From Neophaeotheca triangularis (Eukaryota): a DNA stretch of 64,000 nucleotides. Below, in pieces: positions 50,401-55,662 of the stretch. Every line of letters starts with the position of its first letter. The stretch's first letter is position 1. The notes under the pieces are model-generated. The model had not been told where the DNA came from and ran no database searches. It saw nothing but the letters and a program-made list of their open reading frames with translations. The DNA is taken from the NCBI GenBank assembly GCA_054600435.1, contig BAAIJX010000009.1, forward strand, positions 372,001 through 436,000, read 5' to 3'. The position numbers and the translations under genes are program-made.

Positions 50401-51064
50401 CCGGATTCTGCTCAGGGAACTGATGCGCCGGGTCCTGCGGAGGCATAACGGACGTGCGAATGTCTCGAGGATCGGGACGGAAAGCAGAACGCGTGTAGGA
50501 GCCTGGATTCTGCTCTGAAAACTGATGCGCCGGGTCCTGGGAAGGTAGAGCACCAGATATCTTCACGCGAGAAGGGCCATCATAGTCTCCAGGTGGCCCA
50601 ACAGGCGCCGCGGAGTACTGGCCAGGGAACTGTTCGAAAGACCCCATAGCCGGTATTCCACGCTCATCTTCGTCGACGCCGTCCGAAGCCCTACTGCTCT
50701 TGCGCTTGCTCTTGCTCTTCTCACTCCGCTCACGACTGCGACTGTGACTACGGCCGTTCTTCCTCCTCTTATCCTCCCTCTCGCTCTTCCCCCTCCCGCT
50801 CCTCCCCTCTTCCCCGTCCTCATCCTCCCACCCCTCTTCCCCGCGCTCCTGATCCAACATCTCAATCGCGCTCTCAGTCAGACCCCTCGCAGGCCTCCCA
50901 TCCCGATCACGCCGGCTCCTGTGCTTTCTCGACGAAGACCCGCTTGCCATACTCCGCGTATCGTCGTCACCCGCGGTACTGCTGCGACTGGAGCGCTTCT
51001 TACGGTCTTTACCGCCCGTGACGCTTCCGCTCTCGCTGCGCCCGGTGAAAGCCGCTTTCCACAT
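29450..51064 (-). CDS. lah: Giant Woronin-body tether, Leashin/Lah homologue ('involucrin repeat protein'), ~7,184 aa; one in-frame 60-nt intron at 31069-31010
   Basis: 21.6-kb open frame; the first ATG is at 51064 (the track start is TTG). Conserved-looking N-terminus (MEEYTEYIGVCKYCFDP), a huge acidic disordered middle with ~40 aromatic+polylysine motifs, and a C-terminal coiled coil plus globular domain (DEDYFDGACQKLC, YVFTRYLFGMDREQRQKLK, LFPLVVKKG). This matches the published architecture of Aspergillus Lah and Neurospora Leashin. Confidence 0.85.
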   Translation of the reverse strand: MWKAAFTGRSESGSVTGGKDRKKRSSRSSTAGDDDTRSMASGSSSRKHRSRRDRDGRPARGLTESAIEMLDQERGEEGWEDEDGEEGRSGRGKSEREDKRRKNGRSHSRSRERSEKSKSKRKSSRASDGVDEDERGIPAMGSFEQFPGQYSAAPVGPPGDYDGPSRVKISGALPSQDPAHQFSEQNPGSYTRSAFRPDPRDIRTSVMPPQDPAHQFPEQNPASYTRSDFGPDPRDDRGSSKREEKFGAAADYYKDQGQSVLSQPGVRSRTPNMLVNATPHLTTASVEANPAQDTGNGAAAEFYEGRAGPAGDDRDDRKSKKKSDKKCSDGDPKTKTSRGWMRPASKSSAKEEERSSQRAPTVPMTGEAASYYSPSTVSSMPPSTVPASSVAPPASLPSYAPPRPMRHNSEPAAASNGGYYAPPPEISGRHTSKYPSQEQHSNMPMYAAGAAAAGAAGLAAHQMNQGPSQYQGSQFPTTFGGSQYGGASQYQNSHYSTTAAGSQYGSASQYASRPPYANGNMPQLHQPDHHQHEHRGPISRLRDGLLNLVSSPDDVRKMEEYTEYIGVCKYCFDPNSSPSQGPRRHLYGQRRGSNDRLRRQTSGDSLRRHGSRRVDKNSRYAYGSSASSSDDERRSKKFSKTGLAGAGLAAAGAGLAANAMFNDRKDFDDTYSVKSGHRASSAARRSRSSSRERRSRGQYGSVRRSDGREYTGSTRRDGVMDSRKYQRSSSRERHGFGARFGGAALGAGALSAGTTSDRGQEQSQGAFVRPHRPSSSSSDSSGSIHNPGLADIFGFTDRKAKRRAERRASPSTRYSGARGNASSALSGNVPGGYYASSQGNFQQAPRRKERKSGFFNFGNGSASSSDSGLAFDSTVGSSKNASRTSLPTQKKAGRKSSDDRLNATVAGIGATAAALAAAQHKKNGRISKRPSRQAMRGQQGRRVSRQDSSDDEWEDELPSDVDDASSEGSGLAFGGDDRKLKGRQSMESLNSQSSGGGGGLSAWGWRWGGKKDKKKQRKIESAPAYPPRPGDNFIPGPSGYDGAPVQPTPQRIAPKANYAPTESVFSTNSAQPTQPLQHIDPRPLSEASGSQTGSRQAPMPGSFVEDPPIIARPGPSPIQHPQPITPIPSNLVQPSPSSRDPSRPMPRRTQSSPVYDSKWTEAALASGAGLATASALAGASAERERRSPGNVRFGLTDEQEGRDQKRRAEERRKEDRRRALEEEADRVAQEEEREKRRLEKAEREKREREEYAKAEREKGDHEVRRAREAEARAQLEREFQARQQREREDQERAEVERQQKEREEREREQSERDFDRQRSRQREGDDRRDSSSGTWKRTAGAAGAAVAAAAGGAAIAGAMRNRDDDHPSPPAREITPASERSGEPLKDDDIYDPDFFKRSRSPSELSRYAKASDQVVQDMESRYREPSQSQADFFYPKDVLSQPSEGKTRVADALGDNQDVQVWHVGDDVGAGDRAEREIFDNGGFAATSKGKGKKKGKKQLQQEERFTGVPLLNVIAPTPPMSTAGSTGGRSAPPSPLVEAEDSRSGAASRPSSSGRSVSWGADQMHEYEVRTPDSHAEREDYMAGPGGVPEQRPLDGEAKGARYDEQDMSRNARDEESYGARSGSFYQQPFAQTVSDLGFAVNSPGTEGAPPVRGYVEGETAEPTPAAEREMHIPGGFEEDPDTVATRTQAQQPEEYLSKLSKKERKKREKEIKQAEAEAALTDETPIMSQEGAASFEPEPEVESAWEPPLSKKDKKKREKAAKRGESFDASPLPEDSSSGAAGVAALGAVAGAAAAGLASQWHGDEEDRQQPPNVPAEEGQQTATDDYFPTTGGSKKDKKKKKKGVQQFDDFAESPASGAQTPVEEVTPDQTPREFPLEGQQENGEVEGAWEPPLSKKEKKKREKAAKQGGFDEAVLSEPQTPAEQAAPYDTQREFPLEGQQEHGQVEGAWEPPLSKKDRKKREKAAKQGGFDEAVLSEPQTPAENFPLPDTPRETPGEEQAGAGAEAAWGPPLSKKDKKKREKAAKQGFFDEPAASEPQTLAEDFPLPETPREERNEGPGGDSAWEPPLSKKEKKKREKAAKSAGFDDFGESSSVAAEREDPSFEPEQSQPPAQEDAWEPPLSKKEKKKREKEQQKAASMASEAQDEPSEPSPSIETPHGMPGEWNQSPPNEQSGDSTSPGQANGDSGSRESDPWAELAEPTKKSKKGKKKRDSERFNEPAASSPLRSEVAFDDYVGSQDQFNDHGITDSPRAMSPAGAQSAVSAPTGDSERRRSKSSRSRSRRDDDYPEEGGAYDDTRSVAASEPADYESGRKERRRRSKYEDDDTASVSSRSRREKDESPSSAKKEKKGGLFGLFSRNKSSESIAKADEPEEERKHRKKKHRSGSEYGDDDTRSTASGSRSRHRSSRDEGGEESRERRHHRRHQSGEAADDYDDTRSAATEPVSRRSKSGDDYYDTRSPSVASEGRARHHRRHRSGENGEDQSFLGMRVEEDDLPPLPPSAPATPSLVADEEMEKEQGVGNPGSATEFGEGEKVDRAIEGHVGESREIEAGDESTGAPREVDTTALPALPSSRPGSPTAITPETPLRPSLQPARPASSTAVPLRFRTFPHSPSTQTKSARSASFHGPADPTSGTPTSPSSVTKEQRTHRPRSTEFRHSQEIRPLYLVERNRKPTDQQQQQETPETLPSLPSSKPSSRTSSVQGSEDWQSAFEDQPSSPEMSTRGEPLSIDTSRANAIDLNEDVLGSQQATPKAVEAGDPITALAEQGKDQPKGPRQEPQYWTWDDLAKEQGMEPGVSWDGARIPPSSPTGSMDVEHHSRGKKADKAAEWESVGGAVPASPTESLGVEHHSRKRDVGGAAAAGALVGAAAAGLASRSTDEESESRDRDREDVSGIFGADDDAENDATRSAEPDASTRSTQEPERPTLSRASSSKKGGKKGKKGKEPALGTTTISAADPAAALTTEEQRQIEANDAEGAVDDWFAPAKPALDGYKKKKKGKQDSVGDAFIEPSTRDDAASGKEPGEPPNGPSVGGEAVQDDSQTQVSSVPSALFARTPNKKGKKKQKSKSGSKSEGSGASSLPSGEQDSQSPHDAGGEAGEGPGLEETPVMEDSTPPDSKDTERRKDALPSIDEPAETSLQSEPVAESQPMDGEALATETEDQSQQALAVVAEDEPADEWTAAFPSSKKAKKDKKKKKLDTFAEPESESSAIDESAKQIGENATAANVEEGAAEVGQEGKGEEVTAEANQESKDGEISAEARDMELSADEFHSPTQDGFSSSSLAKDNAGMPKDAPVEETAVVPEVSSKGATQAPTPDDEQVVVAAAVPEPILQPQSETSKDATQPAGGARSWFSSWWSGGKKTEKATAPPATPPPQTAEATIEPFDEASQNVESSDIPVEDKSIEHPQANRDLVEEPDTRAQETGNVHEHREVSNVQSEPVEDVLAPLTQDQRLEDPTSQQETAADNPHDTPIVPASEPPPVTSDVKEADRAVSDNMRQPAAGPEPVVSEPEPQTGDQYPLADAAQHETARADVTEPAGEELRPTESDEVARDLIEPTPASAEGIELNNEEPAQDPPPADDWAFSTSSKKSKKGKKGKKGLSTSFAENEQGPQGEVAEESKGQSLVENDAVGAVPRETVASGEEQVPYTLQEPSDPKPEITEQSGQAQQEPNAEPVAEEPDPDAFWAPTSTKKKGKKGKKSKDVASEPSTSEAQAAGEDAGREPELAAESAPNAESAAEEPDFDALWSSSSTKKKGKKGKKAKEGVEESSSFNSPFLGEDKAFEMENQLGEGLESKEEGTVPLGDTDLGSVKNPEASKPDDTDQPEEAGKPDEPGDFWGPLPSKKKGKKGKKGKQAAQDEDDTSKTAEAEICQSDEPVDAQPESHSQETAEDTVQPPTESQSTEQPAEQPAEPSESFWDMPVPKKKGKKGKKAKQAGLGEEDVTPPEEPHSPAAPEEPVDTDKPGQADEPPHPSEQPAEPSDDFWDQLSSKKKGKKGKKAKQAAFEDEGASRSEDQDVPTVDPQEPLDPSQPQQAEEPSQAPAEYLEQSAEPSEDFWDQPASKKKGKKGKKARQAAFEENERSQSQDEEASATIPEEPKDLVQAPPASVDVLIADSLQEAPENKPAETANGEDIPPEQPAQEEEQEDFWSASTSKKDKKAKKKAKRAAFGMEEVTPNVPENTISEQQQNVASNGSEPPTLSNEAKPAEPRADAGEPTAESGSMTTYQQERAPPAADNSALPSDAQEKGAGPDTIEVDLQAQDAAPLDTASEAQPTTSPKLQGIDHAASTKPSPPAVSETNTEEVGTNAAQQPPTEEAEAEDLGGTPAKGKKGKKAKKAKQAAALFAETSEEPEPSQAQAQAQATETGNELTLESPPDQKASEQAAPESQMPAEQDADDYWAAPVKGKKNKKGKKSKQADPDDEQPAQELSTTGPSPDEDNKIVEQPALQDERGGDAVADEYAPPAEAEADDIWSAPTKTKKGKKGKKNKNAFFEDSPTLDEASGTAEQQQPEDAPGSNHTASVENSFDERIEPINHNVEDQEASRGEPAHPTEAEADDIWSAPSKSKKGKKGKKNKAYSEDGPPAELHQSESQAVGVPDAEDARIEPAASEEAITEAKHFQSLDYEVATSSPEASAGDEAASSSQRPQDQALYNPAAQAEGGALPETSSQNEVQADEFWAAPAKSKKGKKSKKGKQTHFENEATSPEAQQQDTGHADEPFNRSESTPDAPGADMPVEPSLQEAEPKDEWEPPTTSKKSKKAKKRAQVMFDETADSSVPSQNQTTAEPPHTEPQENTAIESTSEITGRSAVEATESGELLENAAVSGGFEESRSDAPPVTEPLVTGTPTSEAHVQDQSPKTMQEDAAATGEDLSGAPIKSKRKKDKKAKKMDGFEEPPIANDESQSTLETSPGVGPKETGPTEPSPEAEAQPIEATTEDMWSMPTTTKKGKKAKKAKQLAAEQGMDQALEAADSAPSPPESDEVAAQNTQERDQITSESQTPVEGGEDDLWALSAKGKKKKGKKAKALNILSDMPPEVDAAEGPSVPEQERHADEAATPQVLSTTPAEATIDSAEKITSEVAAAGEDEVQRHAPEGGEGSPLQDNITAMEAPNDERNEDVPASEAPQQPIVGEQFGLEPSQNAAVVDTQSEEAFKAAETSDDIFTRASEQGLEPESANIESPRYFKDGNALLEPEQQPEDDSFAPISTKKSKKDKKKAKKQQSGQTEETPSLGQLDPQLIESPVPEDEPVENAEGTGAPKAEATVVPEPRQDPPAVDNNNAQLPPEQEPSEADIFPMTTKKSKKDKKKASKGLAWDESETPQGQASNPIEEAQPEPPPQARVDYSSQPAAVVNEETTTVEEVPQSTQPEPEEETETYFQIPAKKSKKDKKKAKQGSSARNENGEPSAQITEHTNQPEASSNDIDNRDRAEEKAEMPVAPEAPLRADQPKPDTSIGEVNERATVPSEAFDFQKDMPEAVQTEPDPESMFPVSTKKSKKDKKKDRKAQASENEPAAELEVGAEEEKPIAPVGTATPEEPAASVETEGVHGEPAEDDFWGASSSKKSKKAKKKAARGPALADEPTEEPENFTDEALAQTQPKEPMSRDLETANADQIAAEPEADEFWGTAPSKKSKKDKKKAKKGAALAWDVPAEDEAHKPTSLVTEEPQAISQEEAKEPLELVSEGQDTTLTPASGEAETALELESDKPTEATTEEDEQGAFDEAREEPSVASAPADNEPSSSQDIDFAATLAAGLSQSGFDPNVVVDDPAYHRRQSPPHATAEADPEETFPAATSKKVKKGKKAKRAQESNEQFPDAPEPSAETPEPRLENAQDDFDKVLAQSLQGGGFDADMLKKAGSAPSGDADFNEVTGDRDFSFAQQKRKKGKKGSQSPSQEDQSAPRDAFEPPAVLAETPEFGNNDLSDAAIDTEADNDRSVGASGAGDIQGNALEGEFREPSLASMSREAGEDEWAAPTKKKGKKGKKNKDPVEVPVTPLEDEAQDSSLMEPSEGTDSGPIGNDTAMTSGDATQDLAAPDVVDQEGGFDEWTAPSAKKKGKKNKKAEEQPFVETNNRRGFAENGGNDIPATREQEQSTGATSVPPTDGPTPSESQVKSQEMDVDEMDQAYRAYKKNKRNKKKQKALAAQSGDTTEAEPPSAMPESGGTKQSEASAIPGTSSEPQEKTTEAPAGGETNVYTPRSPEASREDPPSNVSSPNSASKVQSLFPGLQRVKRRTTSGNDTARPKPDIVHTSEVSQSLPTQVKHTPEQTYRQLETSETLLSQPSEKQGAWSFDNVPAADDTTSRALPAEDELNRDSGYQEGSVKHRSTESTAPRTPELRQAASQGSLRERRSQEPLHLGTGNNAQSRDMQASDHQRTPSGDAAMTPLEPTTKNRASYLFQSPHAGPREGDTNATPGDTHRSLETEQAQNQDNSRQLDQPTSSPSAGPLGSRGVLGAIPEGRPSSKSQRKRSKPTNDIGSPAHDLKASKHQETPEALRDQSFSPLHTPNADPHIGLPQVGRQGWAANAINRNAFNENGEYGSADQSLQNKPSRRTISDQRSPSAMSNRSNVSGGYFPRPQEELRSFSRASNRSLTPSLRRMDRSTSGDLRSAARLSEAGSGSAVGARSSPKTIPFEPPPTPPLQDDEEVVNRGAPRAAGGMADVYVSASHEFAVNAGAVTDTCLQQGYGDASGSQVSPTRPPSMRKRQSMHIMDLESRMEQLVQENRELHEAQHSGQRGFDSNNGDYQNLQRALDQRDHEMREKENEISRIKMMLDPMQAEIERLMEMNGGLTEANKNLVDDTNGRYGTLQAEHAQAREQWQNASRELEAIRQENGRLTSGMRDVVEQEITSALSDKNSEIRRLREELQIATERIRALQVQIQGSNQDDFLTARDEDYFDGACQKLCQHAQQWVLRFSKLSDNRICRLSSDLNDDTIEARLDNAILDGTDVDKLLGDRVRRRDVFMSVLMTMIWEYVFTRYLFGMDREQRQKLKALEKILAEVGPPRAVAQWRATTLTLLSKRPAFSTQCALDTEAVATEIFSVLCTFLPPPSSSERQLVDSLQKVVTVAVNLSIEMRTQRAEFIMLPPLQPEYDTNGDLVRKVHFNASLMNERSGHYSSNEQLEQERAIVKIVLFPLVVKKGDESGEGDEEIVVCPAQVLVHNDGGKGRKVVRVMSGAMDIDSPRRSRQSLVSTPMGEGGMNF

Positions 51065-51627
51065 CTTCAAATTGAGGTATAGAGATTGGCGTTGCTAGGG
51101 TAGTGTTGTGGGTGTTGACGCTTGTTTTGATAGATGGGTCACGCGAGGCGTTGGTTTGGGAAGAATTGCAATGCTAGCGATGGGCGAGTAGCTGAACGCG
51201 CCACCGAGAGATCAATATGTACACTCGGATAGTCTTTTCGTCGTCGTTTTGTCTCGTCTCGTACAGTGGTATAAAAGCCGCGTCCTATGTCTGATAGCTC
51301 AGGTCACTAGGAATAATAAACACGGCCTCGCAAATGGTGTATCGTATGTACAAGGATTGGGTGATCATGGACATGCAAAACATTTCTGCACACATGTACG
51401 ACAAGGAAGACAAACATTTCGCCCCTACAACAAGGTCGGTAAGAGGATGGTGAGGCGGGATCTTCACACCGCATACATGCCCGTACTAGCAGCAGCTGCT
51501 GTGTTGTTCATGCAGCTCGGTGGCTGGCTTTGCCGAGTGGCCGCCCGCAACGGTGGGCTGAACTGAAGAACCCCCGGCGGGTCCTTCCTAACGGCTACTG
51601 CCGCAGAGTCGGTCTGCTTCTGCTGTT

Positions 51628-51657
51628 GACCGTTGACCATGGCGTTCTTCGTCTCAA
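51628..51657 (+). repeat. Left TIR GACCGTTGACCATGGCGTTCTTCGTCTCAA
   Basis: The reverse complement of 62124-62153 is GACCGTTGACCATGCCGTCTTTCGTCTCAA: 3 mismatches, first 14 bp perfect. Confidence 0.92.
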
Positions 51658-51933
51658 AACAATGAACGTGGGGTTTTCAGCTTTGCATACTTCCGCTTTC
51701 ATTAACAACACTAGAACAACACACGATTTGTATGCGAACAGCGTACAACTAATGAGAAATGGAGTCACTGTCGCTGCATGCGGTACTCACGTTCGCTATG
51801 CGCTGCTTGCGGCCTAAGGCATTTTGTTGTTCGCTAACATACCTCTAGCCGCGCGTAATCCTCACAACTAAACCTCTAACAACAACCACATTGCGCGTTA
51901 TCTCGTGGTAGCGCGGTTTACCTACTACGCATT

Positions 51934-52860
51934 ATGGACTCTGCTATAAGTAAGCCTAAGGACACCTTATCTATCAATAAACCTCCGGTTAGCGAACCTA
52001 GAGCTAACGAAACTAGCATAGATTTAGCCGAAGAGTGAGTTCCTACGTACCCTTTCGGGTCAATCGTTCATGTTCGCACCTAATTCGTTATAGTGAGCCC
52101 GTTATCTTACCGAGCGACCCTCCTCGACCCTAGCTCCCCGACAACCTTAAGTAGCTTAAGCAACCTACTACGACCGACATTAACGACTTTTGGCTTAAGA
52201 GCGACAAGGACTAGGATAAATTAGTAGTGAAAGCTACTAAAGAGTAGAAAGAGAAGATGAAGAACAAGCTAGTAACGGCGTATCTAAAGAAGTTAGACGC
52301 CGCGCGCCGTATAATAGAGACGGGGGAGGGTGTCGTCGCTATCGTACCTTATAAGACATACGTACGCGTAGCTATAAACGGTCCGGCGAAAAAGGCCCTA
52401 ACGTGTACGGTTTTTAAGGACACTAGTAAGGCCTATGCATACTATCGGCGTATAGGAAAGTCTAGCTATAATGCCCGTAAGACGGCGAAGCCCCTTACGA
52501 ACGGCGAGCGATTAGACAAGATAGAGGTATAGATTAAGGAGCTAGGTGAAGAGCTCCGTCTTCGGTTAGATAAGCTAGAGGAGTCTATTAGAGAGCGTCT
52601 AGAGGAGCAGAAAGACGACATTGCTACTAATACTACCGACGTTAACCGAGTAATAACCGATATCTCTACTATCGAGAAGGGCCTCGACGAGAAAGCCGAC
52701 TAGTCTAACCTCGCTAGTCTAGCTAACACGCTTAGTAGCTTTAGGGGTAAGGTAGAGGCTACGTTTAGAAGGATTAAGTAGTAGTTAGAGAAGTTTAGGG
52801 TAAAGGTTACGGACAAGGACGGGGAGCTTAGAGAGATTTATTAGGCGTAAAGGAGCGATT
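51934..52860 (+). pseudogene. RIP-degraded gene with a putative Cys-cluster and C-terminal coiled coil; intron 52035-52093; 3' end approximate
   Basis: ATG 51934 and a GTGAGT..CTAAT..TAG intron restore frame with track ORF 52257-52532. A heptad-like E/L/K-rich tail follows. Confidence 0.6.
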
Positions 52861-53280
52861 ACACTTGCGAATACCTAGCGAACAGTCTTTTGAAATCAAT
52901 TTAGAGTCTCTCGAATACTATAGTCTAGCCGAATTTCATTAGTTTTACCCATAATTCAAGCATTATACCCTTCAAATAAAATCTTTAACCCTTACTCTCG
53001 ATATAACCTAGGTAACACAAGGAGCATTAGCATTACATAATTCCCTAATACCGACACTGTAACTACTAAAATAACTCCCGTGTCGGCGACTATTGCAGAT
53101 TTTAATATGATTTCTACGCAAACTCTAACCCTCGACCTTAATATAGACTAGCTCCCGCTATATCTAGGCTTCTAATTAGCTCGCTAAGCCGCCGAAGTCT
53201 AACCGACCGACCTCTTCCCTTGCATCTATAATAACAACACGGTACTCTAGCTATAACACCTCTCGTCCTATTACTAAACA

Positions 53281-53425
53281 ACCTATCCCGGCATTAATGA
53301 ACCTATCCCGGCATTAAATAACCTATCCCGGCATTAATTAACCCATCCCGGCATCAAACAAACCATCCCGGCATTAAACAAACTATCCCGGCATCAATCA
53401 ACTCATCCCGGCATTAATCAACCTA
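53281..53425. repeat. 20-bp tandem repeat x7 (ACCTATCCCGGCATTAAWYA-like)
   Basis: Directly visible periodicity. Confidence 0.95.
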
Positions 53426-53616
53426 CTACGGTAACCGCTATCCTACCACGGTACCTATTAACCTATCCTAGCCTAAAGAAACCGTTAAAGCACTTAGGCT
53501 AGCCTAAGAGACAGTCGGGCTATAGCATATTAAGAGTTAGGCTAGCCGGAGAGCATCGGGCTACGTGCTAAATAGTTTTAGGCTAGATAAATTAGCAGTC
53601 AGACTAAAAAGTTCCG

Positions 53617-53689
53617 GGCTAGGTCAGGATAGGCTAGGTTAGGATAGGCTAGGTCAGGATAGGCTAGGTCAGGATAGGCTAGGTTAGGA
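53617..53689. repeat. 15-bp tandem repeat x~5 (GGCTAGGTYAGGATA)
   Basis: Directly visible. Confidence 0.95.
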
Positions 53690-53747
53690 AGGACATATTC
53701 CGCCCTGTTATATCCTTTAGAAAACCAGGGTTTTTGCTCTAGCTAGC

Positions 53748-53869
53748 GTATTAGTAGTCGGGCTAGGAGCATTAGTAGTCGGGCTAGGAGCATTAGCAGT
53801 CGGGCTAGGAGTATTAGTAGTCGGGCTAGGAGCATTAGTAGTCGGGCTAGGAGCATCGGCAATCGGGCT
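53748..53869. repeat. 21-bp tandem repeat x~6 (GCATTAGTAGTCGGGCTAGGA)
   Basis: Directly visible. Confidence 0.95.
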
Positions 53870-53961
53870 CTATAGGGGAAGGGCATTAGTAGAAAAACTA
53901 GAGGCTCGATAGAAGCTCGATAGTCCTCGAGACGCCTTCGCGACTAGCTACCTAAGCTAAT

Positions 53962-54140
53962 ATTTAACAACATAGCTGCCTTAGAGGCAATTCCCATGCT
54001 ATAGCCCGCCTCGGAGGCAATTCCTACGCTATAGTCTCTCGTCTCGTACGCTTTACCTCCCGAGAGACTATGGCGTAGGAATTTCCTCTAAGGCGGGCTA
54101 TAGCATGGGAATTTCCTCTAAGGCAGCTATGTTGTTAAAT
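53962..54140. repeat. Long inverted repeat with 80-bp arms (53962-54041 / 54061-54140) and a 19-nt spacer
   Basis: Arms differ at ~5 of 80 positions. Each arm contains an internal 30-bp direct repeat. Confidence 0.93.
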
Positions 54141-54258
54141 CTTAGCTAGGGCAAGAGGCTATAGCAAATAGGGTATATACCCGCGCTTATTAACGAACTT
54201 AGCCTTTAAACTAAAGAGCTTTACGGAGGTCGATCCGGCGTACGACGAGCGAGATCAC

Positions 54259-54356
54259 AAGGAGCGAGACAAGCTTAAAGAGACCTACATCTCCGCCTCT
54301 ATTCATAAGGAGCGAGACAAGCTTAAAGAGACCTAATCTCCGCCTCTATTCATAAG
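54259..54356. repeat. ~49-bp direct tandem duplication
   Basis: aaggagcgagacaagcttaaagagaccta(c)atctccgcctctattcat occurs twice, with a 1-nt deletion in the second copy. Confidence 0.9.
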
Positions 54357-54826
54357 CCTTATAGGCATATGCCTTCCTATTATATGCTCGAACGCTACCG
54401 TGGCAAGGGGCAGTTATAAAAACCTACGTCCCTTCATTATAATACCTCTTCTTTATAATAACCTTCCGCCTTCTACTTCTCCGACCACCTTCTACTTCTC
54501 CGACTACCTTCTACTTCTCCGACTACCTTCTACTTCTTCGAGACTAGTACCCGCTACTACTAGCTCATTATGGCTAGTAATAAAGGCTCTAGTAATAGCA
54601 CTAATAATAAGAGCTCCGGTTAAACCCCTAGCGGCAATAGAGGCATTACCGACGAGAACCGCGCCGACATAAGGGACTTCGTTACTACTACTTAGCGTTA
54701 CGTGGATTAGTACGATCCTAACGACCCTACGTCTAATGACGCTCAATTTACTGCTGCCGCTTAGCGGTTTATCGACCGCGGCGACCTAACGGATCTATTA
54801 GCCTCGCAGAATTAGAGCACAACCTT

Positions 54827-54984
54827 ATCTACGCCCGTAAACATATCTACGTCCGTAAACACCTCTACGCCGGCAAACACCTCTACGCCGGCAAACACCT
54901 CTACGTCCGCGAACACCTCTACGTCCGCGAACACCTCTACGTCCGCGAATACCTCTACGTCCGCGAACACCTCTACGTCCGCGG
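54827..54984. repeat. 18-bp tandem repeat x~9 (ACACCTCTACGTCCGCGA; encodes NTSTSA-like units)
   Basis: Directly visible. Confidence 0.93.
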
Positions 54985-55116
54985 ACTCCTCTCCGCCTAC
55001 GGGCCCCCTAACTAGTAAGCGTTAAGAGCGTCGCTACCCGGTAACGTCTACATTAACATCAATACTAACTCTAATACTAACACTAATACTATCTAGTGGA
55101 TTAGGCACTAGCGGAG

Positions 55117-55278
55117 GGCACTAGGCACTAGGCACTAGGCACTAGGCACTAGGCACTAGGCATTAGGCATTAGGGCAATAGGGCAATAGGGCAATGGGGC
55201 AATAGGGCAATAGGGCATTAGGCATTAGGGCAATAGGGTAATGGGGCAATAGGGCAATGGGGCAATAGGGCAATGGGG
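55117..55278. repeat. Compound microsatellite, (GGCACTA)n grading into (GGGCAATR)n
   Basis: Directly visible. Confidence 0.93.
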
Positions 55279-55589
55279 CGGTTATTTCATCTTGGTTTTT
55301 TAGCTACAAAATGAGCTCGTAAGAGCATAGTTATAACGAAGGCTTTAGGCCAGTTTCACCTCCTTGTGAAGTTATTAGGTTACTAAAATTCAGGTTAGGC
55401 CGGGTTATGTTAGGTTAGGTTATGCTAGGTTAGGATAAGTCGGGCTAGGGCGAGAGCAGTTAGGCTATTCGAGTCCGGGAGTTAGGCTAGCTAGATCCTT
55501 AGACAAGTTAGGTGAAAAACGTTAGTCAGGCTAGGCTTAATGCAGTTAGGCTAGCGAAAGTGAAGTTAAAGGATCCTAAACCCTCCTTT

Positions 55590-55662
55590 ATTCACGACAG
55601 CTTACCTACATTCACGACACCTTACCTATATTCACGACACCTTACCCGCATTCACGACACCT
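55590..55662. repeat. 20-bp tandem repeat x~4 (ATTCACGACACCTTACCTAY)
   Basis: Directly visible. Confidence 0.9.

Noticed and set aside
29520..51082. Dozens of ORFs overlapping the giant gene, including the 493-aa + ORF at 42162-43643 and the 544-aa alternate-frame ORF at 43594-45228
   Set aside because: Antisense or frame shadows of a GC-rich repetitive CDS (poly-F/L mirrors poly-K); no independent motifs.
53281..53869. Regular short repeats resembling a CRISPR array
   Set aside because: No unique spacers, no cas genes, eukaryotic context; these are simple tandem minisatellites.
55380..55500. GGTTA-rich tract as an interstitial telomere
   Set aside because: No run of TTAGGG; a degenerate RIP-affected low-complexity tract inside the element.
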